Shown: in pieces, positions 53,555-59,558 of the stretch
How positions within the stretch are numbered: the stretch's first letter is position 1
Layout: each line of letters starts with the position of its first letter
Origin: Macrostomum lignano
Lineage: Eukaryota
Assembly (NCBI GenBank): GCA_002269645.1
Contig: NIVC01003413.1
Location: 1-64,000, forward strand
Length of the DNA stretch: 64,000 nt
Direction of reading: 5' to 3'
The notes under the pieces: model-generated
Database searches by the model: none
The model's input: the letters and a program-made list of their open reading frames with translations, nothing else
Told to the model about the DNA's origin: nothing
Made by a program: the position numbers and the translations under genes

Positions 53555-56500
53555 AAGTCAGTCAGTCAGTCACCCACTCACTCAAATCAGTCAGTCAGTC
53601 AGTCAGTCAGTCAGTCAGTCAGTCAGTCAGTCAGTCAGTCACCCACTCACTCAAATCAGTCAGTCAGTCAGTCAGTCAGTCAGTCAGTCAGTCAGTCAGT
53701 CACCCACTCACTCAAATCAGTCAGTCAGTCAGTCACCCACTCACTCCAGTCAGTCAGTCAGTCAGTCAGTCAGTCAGTCAGTCAGTCAGTCAGTCAGTCA
53801 GTCAGTCAGTCAGTCAGTCACCCACTCACTCAAGTCAGTCAGTCAGTCAGTCAGTCAGTCAGTCAGTCAGCTACTCACCCGTGTCGTCAGCCATGCCGCA
53901 GTCAGGGCAGCAGCGGCCCCTGCTCCCGCAGTCGCACACCACAATCCTGGGAGTCCACACCGTGACGGCTCCGACCTCGTCCACCGCCGCCAGCTGCAGT
54001 TTGATGTCGCCTCGCCAGTTGTCGACGGGCTGCCACACGAGCTGCCAGCTGCCGCTGGCTCCAGCCTCCAGCTTCGCGGTCCCCCCGACGGCCTCCAGCA
54101 CGGTGACATTCGGTGAGGCACCGTCGGGATCCGTCACGGAGAAGGTGACACTGACACTGTTGTTGCCGCTCACTCGCAGCTGGCTCGGGGCGCTCACGAA
54201 CTGCGGTGGTCGGTTGGCCAGGACGACACGGGTTCGAGTCTCGTCTCGAATGGCGACGGCCGCGTCTTGAGCGGCTGCGACCGAGCGAAGCTGAGCGGCG
54301 TCGAACATGCAGGTGAGGTCGGAGGAGCCGGAGCTGCGGCACACCTGCCAGGGCGGAGCGGCAGCGGCATGGGTTTCCATGCGCAAAATGTTTTTCTCGA
54401 AATGCATAGTAGGTCTTTACTGGCAATTTTCTCACCAAGAATCCGGTAGTGACGTTAGCAACAACTTTTTAATTTTTTCGAGCTCGTACATTAAATAACT
54501 GATTACACCTGTTCTGATAAGCAGATGTGCAACCGACAGCTGCGCCGCAGCTATCGGGGGGAGCATCTGAAAGCTGCGTACGGCTGTTCAGTCAAAGTAC
54601 TGCGGGCTCACCAAACTCACCCTATACTATCGCAGCTAATGCTGATTGTCATTTTAGAGCAGGTTTAACTGAAGAAATGTAGAGTTAAGTGTCTTGTTCG
54701 AGGACACTAATGGTTCCAGTGAGATCGGGAATCCAACGGTCAACCTTCATGTCGAGAGCTACAACCCCTTATAGATTAATGAGTGGATCCAGGGTGGCCA
54801 ACCATTTTTTGATCAGGGGTACATCAGAAATTTATACCACAACGAGCGAGGTATCAGCGCAATTTTACCACCACAGGTCAACATTTTCATTTCGCTTGAA
54901 AATAGGATCATGACCGTATCTCAGGAAATTTTTCTCTTAAGTGTCCGATGACCCAATAAATTCACACCAGGACTCATGCATCGTAAAAATTTCTGCTTTT
55001 TCCCGAATACTGTAGTTCCACATTAGCACTTCTTAACTTCAACCTGCCTGTCCGCTCACCTCTTCCGAAGCGTTCTTGAGCTCCGCGTTCCCGCCGAACA
55101 GCGCCAGCATGTTGTCCTTGAAGTCCTCAGCAAAGGTCGGCACGAAGCTGAGATTGCAGAAATCAGCTCGGCCCTTGCCAGCCGGGTAGTGCAGATAGCT
55201 CGGCTCTGAGCTCTTGATTCTCCAGCTGTTCCCGAACTCAAACAGCTGCTTCTCGGAGCTGCCAGCTTTTAGGGCGCCACCGTATCCCAGTCTGAATCGG
55301 TATGCGTACCTGTTGCCTAGCAACCCGTCCAGTCCGCTCGCGCATTTTCCTGTCAAGTCCAGTTGAACGCCGACTCTGAGCGAGCTCGTCTCCATGGTAA
55401 CGGTAACGCTGACGCCGGCAGATTCGTCGACAATGTCGATAGTGCTGTTGTCAGGGACCTCCAGCCGGTAGCTGTCCAGTCTGGTCGCGTTGCTCAGCGC
55501 CGCCAGCTCGCCCCTGACGCTGCCGATCCGACGTCCGTCGCTGCTGAAGACGTCGAGGTCGTCGGAGCTTTCGTTGCGGATCACCGACACGGCCAGCTCG
55601 TTGAGGCCGGACTTCAGCGCGACGCCGACGAAGGCCGTGGCGCCTCCACCGCTGACTGGCGCGGTGCGCGCTTGCAGCTGCACCCTCGGTAAGCGCCAGC
55701 AAAATATGTTGTAGAGCAGGTGGTACTCGCAATGACCGTTGAATGTGTAGCTGCGGTTCGAGAGCGTGCTCAGGTGAGGGTCGCCTCGGATGAAGCCTGG
55801 ATATCGGACGTTGGTGTTTGGTTTGATGCTTATAAGTGACCTAAAGTATTTGAGCTTTAATTACTTTATGAAATACTCAAAATATGGGTGCTTAGAGCTA
55901 CAGTTACAGCAAATCAGTTACCTCCAACAGGTGGCTGGTAGTTCTTGCTGGTGCACACGGGTCTTACGGCAGAATAAGCGGCCATCATTCCGGCCGCTGA
56001 GCAGACTCTTAGGCCGTACAACTCATTTTGATACTGCTGAGACCGGAGGCCAAATCGAACTCGATCAGTCGTCATTTGCCGATAAAAGTAAATTGCGTGT
56101 CCGGCGCCGTCTGAGCTGCTGCTGATGAGGTGACCAGCTACAAATGATTGTTTTTTTTAATTCAGTGGACTAACACTTGGTAAATATTTTACCGTATTTT
56201 ACATTTTACATTTATATTTAAATACATTTTACCATGTTATTCAAACTTTCACGGTCAAGTTGTGACTCACTGGATGACATGTTGAACATGATCTGTCGCA
56301 TGGCAGCTCTCACTTTCCAGACGGCATCACTTCTACGGCACAGCTGACTGATTTCGCTGCCAGCAGCTGCCAACGACATTCTGTAGCAGCAACTGGTCGA
56401 CACCAGCTGACTGCACTTTTGAAGCCGGCAGGCCAAGGAATAAGAAGGTCTACATCTGCTGTACCTGAACCTTTGTGCGCACAGGTAGCTGGTGTTGCGA

Positions 56501-58732
56501 AAGCACATCCTGATGCTGTCACCGGAGCACTCAAACTCGTATGGACTGTACCGCTTGTCAAGGACTGCCGTGCGAAGATCGAAGGGACAGTCGGAGCAGC
56601 CTGGAAAGACAGAGCGGCTCTGGTTGGCTCTGGCGGCTGCGATCCAACTGCCGCACTCAGATAAAACCCTCTTCCCAAAGCTCAGCACGTGACGTCCGGG
56701 TCTTCCCGAACTTCCGGGACTCAGGTTGGGCAGCTCGGGCCAGTCGGGGCGCAGGCTGAATGGCAGCTCTTTCCGAACGAAAACATTATCCGTGAATCCT
56801 GAGAATGCCATCAGGTTCAACGTTGGATGGCTCCAGTTGAGGATTCTCGGCACAGGCAGGTGAAAGTCGCCGTAGTTGAAAATGGCGTATGAGTGAGTCT
56901 CGTTGCGCGTTACAACTGCTTGGAACTCGATGCTCTGAAATTGCATGCAGTAAGCAATTGTGCTCGATTGAGAAAGAGCTGAAAAGCTTGATTTGCGGTC
57001 AGCTCTTCAAAGACGAAAAAAGTGTAAATTCGTGATGTTTTTTCGTTCGGACTGCGTTTTATCAATTACCAAAGCATGGCAATTCTTAGCACTCCCATGC
57101 ATGGGCAGATCTTAATGAAAGAAATAAAATGCAGGCGTGACACGCTTTGCTTCGAATTTGGCTTCGCTATGAAATATTCGTAACTATTGAAGCTAAATCT
57201 TTGGGATCTTATTAGTGACGCAAAATTCTAAAGTAGATGTACAGCTGTGCAACAAGAATATTTTGCGTCCATTGATACAGGTTTAACATTTGAGCTGCAA
57301 GAATCCTAGCAGATGCGCTACAAACTCTTAATGCTGTTTCAGCCTTAGCTACTAACTACGATATTTTCTGGGTCATCGCCAGAAACCCCCCTGCCTCTAA
57401 TAAAAAAGAACTAAGATATTTTCTGGGTCATTGCCAGCAAACAGAAGTGCAAAATATTTCTCTGGGAATGAGCTGTGTCACCTCGGAGAGATTTCCCCAC
57501 TTACAGCATTTGCCTTGGCTCGAGAACACAGGCCCAGGCAGAGGTCGAGCCAGCCGTTTTTCTCGTCCCAAGCTTGCCTAGAAGTGCAGTTCGAGACGCA
57601 GTCGAATCGGTTCCCATAAGGCAGTGACGGCGTCAGAATGCGCCAAGTCACGATGAGCGCCGTCAGAGGGTTGAACTTGGACCGAATCTCCTGCTGGATA
57701 ATCTGCTTGACCGCGCGCCAGTTCGACCTGGTGCTGTGGTTCCTCGAATTCAGCAGCTCGTAGGAAACCTTCGGAATCCAATATCTTCTGTAGTAGTTGG
57801 TGACAGGCTTAACGAACCAGTAAGGCGCCACGACGGCTCCAGTAAAGTTGATCTTCGCCGAGGTGGAGTTGTATGGTAAATACCCCAGGCGATAACCAGA
57901 GAAACTGATGGCGCCGTAGTTTGTGAGCTAGGGTGTTGATGATTCTTTATTATTAAGTACACACAAAAAGTACAAGCACAATTATCGTTATCATGTTTCA
58001 AGACATCCTAAAGTAAAGATATAAAGATCTATACTTTAAGATATAAAGATATTAAGTAAAGATATTTAAAGAATTTTTTTTTAAATGTAGTTGATTTGAG
58101 CCGATTTCCTCTCATCTCAGAAGAAAAAGTCGTCAATTTGAAGTTACCGTTTAACTCTGTATGCAAAGTAGGATGTTGCAAAGCAGGACTTACTCGACAA
58201 GACAAACTTTCCTGGCTGGCAATCAGAAACGGAGCGCCACGTGGAGCGGAAATGGTGCTACTGTACCATCCACTCGCACTGGTTGCATTTACTGTCGATA
58301 GGAGCATTTGAGCTGAAAAATGCATCCGGGATTGAGAAAACTCGAGTGACTTTAGCCAACTATAAATACAAATATATCACGTCAACTCACGATAACAGAC
58401 AGTCCCGTTGCCATAGTAACCCGGCTTGCAGATACAATCAAATGAGCCGATCAGGTTTATGCAGTCGGCATGAGCATCGCATTTGGAGCTGCTGAGACAC
58501 TCGTCAACGTCTGTAATTGGGTTCAGTTGATGGCCAAACAAATGCAAGCACAAGTTTAGTTATAAGTAGCCGCATTTAGTTAAAGTTATTAAAGTCGAAG
58601 GTTTTCACTTACCGGTGCATTTATCAGTTCCGTTGCCTTGAAACCCATCGATGCAGGTGCAGTTGTACGACCCCGGCGTGTCGGTGCAGGTAGCGTACAG
58701 ACCACAAGGCTTCGAATCGCATTTGCTCACGT
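18594..58732 (-). CDS. Giant multi-exon extracellular MUC4/SUSD2/mesh-like glycoprotein: 5 tandem EGF-EGF-NIDO-AMOP-VWD-cadherin-like-EGF modules (43 exons, ~4,810 aa; 5' and 3' ends not in window)
   Basis: Exons defined by GT(A/G)AG-type donors and YAG-type acceptors. Homologous introns have identical phases, and no stop codon was seen in the exons read. Motifs: cbEGF consensus CxD/NxxxxY/FxC, NIDO-like YGAISF...VAPYW, AMOP-like CPFD...CCY, VWD GDPHLSTL...YTFNGHCEY...GLLGN...FGNSW, NRPPQF...VTDPDG cadherin/Ig-like fold. Whether this is one transcript or several paralogs is not decidable from sequence alone. Confidence 0.8.
22222..22433. mobile_element. Foldback MITE, ~74-bp TIRs, TA ends (Tc1/mariner-like)
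   Basis: tacaccttttcacgttcaattttgatcaaagtccagttctaaaaaaac...gactgggg pairs with ccccagtc...ttttttagaactggactttgatcaaaattggacgtgaaaaggtgta. It lies inside a ~1 kb expansion unique to module E's EGF2 intron. Confidence 0.8.
23200..23290 (+). mobile_element. Possible LTR 3' end plus primer-binding site of a decayed Gypsy-like element
   Basis: ...ccataaca followed by tggtgtcagaga at 23279 resembles an LTR-CA/TGG PBS junction. No paired LTR or pol motifs were recognised. Confidence 0.3.
24824..25131. mobile_element. 308-bp MITE with ~100-bp imperfect TIRs and 8-bp TSD (P- or hAT-superfamily type)
   Basis: TSD accacctt at 24816-24823 and 25132-25139. Ends read CATGG... and ...CGATG. The arm aatggagtgctaatctgagccagttattttt...attggct is mirrored by agccaat...aaaaataactggctcagattagcactccatt. 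Confidence 0.85.
25395..25692 (-). mobile_element. tRNA-derived SINE with CORE-like central domain
   Basis: Minus strand starts ggggttgtagcctagtggttagagcgtcgg (A box), then gttcgattcc (B box), then tgtgtccttaagcaagacgcttaac...taaaatgggtgcc (CORE-like). A related copy lies at 54492-54770. Confidence 0.75.
25949..33171 (-). CDS. Module D, 9 exons, 2,997 nt / 999 aa
   Basis: Exons: 33052-33171; 32830-32949; 32606-32751; 32014-32436; 28008-28677; 27688-27903; 26872-27608; 26261-26720; 25949-26053. Confidence 0.85.
26090..26252. repeat. (TCAG)n microsatellite in the cadherin-EGF intron of module D
   Basis: tcag repeats with cactcactcaag interruptions. Confidence 0.95.
29880..31340 (+). mobile_element. 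Decayed Ty3/Gypsy integrase region (interrupted by the LINE at 30131-30609)
   Basis: SDQGRVF at ~30751 and YHTQTNGQTERLNQ...NWDRHLDAIQLAYN (ORF 30793-31185). A VKSCNRC zinc-binding-like fragment lies at ~29970. Confidence 0.7.
30131..30609 (+). mobile_element. 5'-truncated non-LTR retrotransposon 3' end with 12-bp TSD
   Basis: TSD gactatatgttg at 30119-30130 and 30610-30621. It encodes the C-terminal zinc motif LSGHG...CPFC...ENAEHFICHC and is the same family as 44170-46633. Confidence 0.85.
33524..38699 (-). CDS. Module C, 9 exons, 3,054 nt / 1,018 aa
   Basis: Exons: 38580-38699; 38358-38477; 38134-38279; 37542-37964; 36208-36928; 35913-36128; 34800-35536; 33896-34361; 33524-33628. Confidence 0.85.
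33645..33888. repeat. (TCAG)n microsatellite in the cadherin-EGF intron of module C
   Basis: Direct reading; includes a duplicated exon end at 33821-33840. Confidence 0.95.
35557..35800. repeat. 27-bp minisatellite (~9 copies) in the linker-VWD intron of module C
   Basis: Unit tttggtttgatgcttagttgctcaggt. Confidence 0.9.
38759..40830 (+). mobile_element. Internally deleted Ty3/Gypsy LTR retrotransposon (gag, zinc knuckles, protease, RT fragment)
   Basis: PBS-like tggcagcg at ~38951. Two CCHC knuckles (CHSCCKPGHIARWC, CSRCSGKGHTAAVC), protease LLDTGAQVSL, and RT C-terminal IIVFSRTLDKHLVRLERVFQQLRDAGLKL...LGFYRRFI. Similar LTR-end sequence appears at ~38900 and ~40790. Stops and frameshifts are present. 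Confidence 0.85.
41015..52124 (-). CDS. Module B, 9 exons, 3,012 nt / 1,004 aa
   Basis: Exons: 52005-52124; 50931-51050; 50701-50852; 50114-50536; 48441-49113; 48123-48338; 47107-47843; 42967-43432; 41015-41119. Confidence 0.85.
41140..42958. repeat. ~1.8 kb (TCAG)n array with interspersed cacccactcactcaa motif, module B
   Basis: Direct reading. Confidence 0.95.
44170..46633 (+). mobile_element. Decayed RNase H-bearing non-LTR retrotransposon (I/R1/Loa-like group)
   Basis: APE end SEHRFIRF; RT-like FLDIEWAINNV, KGVPRAG, DDVTAI, YTSIIRPSISYASLVW; RNase H CYTDGS, EVLAI, HSDSQAAL; C-terminal zinc motif; (AAGTC)-type tandem tail. Many frameshifts. Confidence 0.85.
46739..47070. mobile_element. 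332-bp hAT-like MITE with 8-bp TSD
   Basis: TSD ggctcatc at 46731-46738 and 47071-47078. TIRs caggcgcgttgcca / tggcgacgcccctg. Confidence 0.85.
47864..48012. repeat. 27-bp minisatellite (~5 copies) in the linker-VWD intron of module B
   Basis: Same unit as 35557-35800. Confidence 0.9.
49658..50016 (+). mobile_element. tRNA-derived SINE (second family) with 13-bp TSD
   Basis: ggggccgtagccgagcggt (A box), ggctcgattcc (B-box variant), aataaaaaa tail. TSD aacta(c/a)gatattt at 49645-49657 and 50018-50030. Empty site in module C. Confidence 0.8.
51221..51260 (-). ncRNA. Minimal type I hammerhead ribozyme motif (intact core)
   Basis: Minus strand UGCC-CUGACGA-U-GACC-uacgag-GGUC-GAAA-UGCAUU-GGCA: stem I UGCC/GGCA, stem II GACC/GGUC, palindromic stem III AUGCAU, AUU cleavage triplet. 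Confidence 0.8.
51410..51740 (+). pseudogene. GIY-YIG endonuclease domain fragment of Penelope-like element
   Basis: VVYKFHC...YIGKT..HL.TRVKEH...SAV.EHL...ILEAMYIKDQNPSLN is the PLE-type GIY-YIG signature. Confidence 0.85.
51899..51938 (+). ncRNA. Minimal type I hammerhead ribozyme motif (stem II first pair mutated)
   Basis: UGCC-CUGACGA-U-AACC-uacaag-GGUC-GAAA-UGCAUU-GGCA. Confidence 0.7.
52414..58732 (-). CDS. Module A (first in transcription order), 9 exons, 2,970 nt / 990 aa
   Basis: Exons: cbEGF 58613-58732; cbEGF 58391-58510; variable 58194-58312; NIDO-a 57505-57927; NIDO-b/AMOP 56271-56934; linker 55922-56137; VWD 55060-55796; cadherin-like 53879-54344; EGF 52414-52518. Confidence 0.85.
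52540..53870. repeat. ~1.3 kb (TGAG)n/(TCAG)n array with cacccactcactcaa motif, module A
   Basis: Direct reading. Confidence 0.95.
54492..54770 (-). mobile_element. Degenerate copy of the CORE-like SINE at 25395-25692
   Basis: Shared aataactgattacacctgt...cagatgtgcaaccgacagct...gagttaag.gtcttg...ggacac...gctacaacccc; tRNA head partly deleted. Confidence 0.7.
57384..57407 (+). mobile_element. 3' remnant of the SINE found full length at 49658-50016
   Basis: aacccccctgcctctaataaaaaa followed by gaactaagatatttt, with duplicated flanking intron sequence. Confidence 0.7.
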
Positions 58733-59086
58733 CTGCAATGGTAGGTCGTTGCAGCAGATACGGATAACGAAATAAAGGAAAACGGGTGATCGATGGAATC
58801 AACAAAACATCACATCAATCTCACACTAGCACACACATTAGATATACAACAACACACACATCGGAAAAACAAGAATACACACATAAGACCAGTAGGAACA
58901 CACATCTGATCCACAAAAACACACAAAAGGCCTACCAGAATACAAACATTATAGAGCCAGTTGAAAACACAGAAACAAATTAAAAAGCAACCATTAGACA
59001 CAATAACACGAGGGAAAGTTTAAGACAATAAATTTCAGATTGTGTGAATCTACTGCAATCCGGTAATCTACTACGCAACTGCTCAC

Positions 59087-59135
59087 CTTGCGGCTCCTGA
59101 CAGTCAGTTGTCAGAAAGACTTTCACTGACTGCTC
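59087..59135 (-). pseudogene. Truncated 3' half of the module-terminal EGF exon (edge of the module array)
   Basis: EQSVKVFLTTDCQEPQ plus intact GTGAGC donor. The 5' half (YYHREECKCDLGFTGPQC) is missing, one Cys is changed to Phe, and an in-frame TGA lies just upstream. Confidence 0.75.
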
Positions 59136-59558
59136 CTTCACTCACTGACTGAAATCTTCTATCTTCTGTCTTTTACATTCTTATACCCCGACTGCTGACT
59201 AAATCAAACTCACTTTTCTGGGACTGAGCTGTCTAATGGTTAGTGACTTTCGTTAGTGAGCCACGAGTGACTTTGATCATTATCTACCAATGAAACCGTA
59301 CACATAATATTATTGTCACATGATTTCGTAGTAAAAGTGTGTTGAATAATCTGTCATTGTGTCATGCTGTACGCTCATTATTCAACGCTTAGGAATCATT
59401 ATTTAAGGCTTCTAAAAATACATTCATGAGACAATGGGTTTGTGTATATGGTTTTGTCATAGACAATGATAAATTTTAGTCACTCCTTTTTTCGCCACTC
59501 GTAAAAATTTTATTATTGTCTACCTCCAAAACTATATAGACAATCTATTATTATCAAA

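Noticed and set aside
41140-53870. CRISPR-like look of cacccactcactcaa motifs separated by variable-length spacers; SQSV-repeat ORFs
   Set aside because: Spacers are pure (TCAG)n rather than unique sequence, the context is a eukaryotic intron, and there are no cas genes.
18590-56759. Antisense and alternative-frame ORFs over the VWD, AMOP and cadherin-like exons (e.g. MNADSE..., MLSAASS..., MSPCWRP...)
   Set aside because: Expected shadow ORFs of GC-rich coding exons, repeated only because the exons are repeated.
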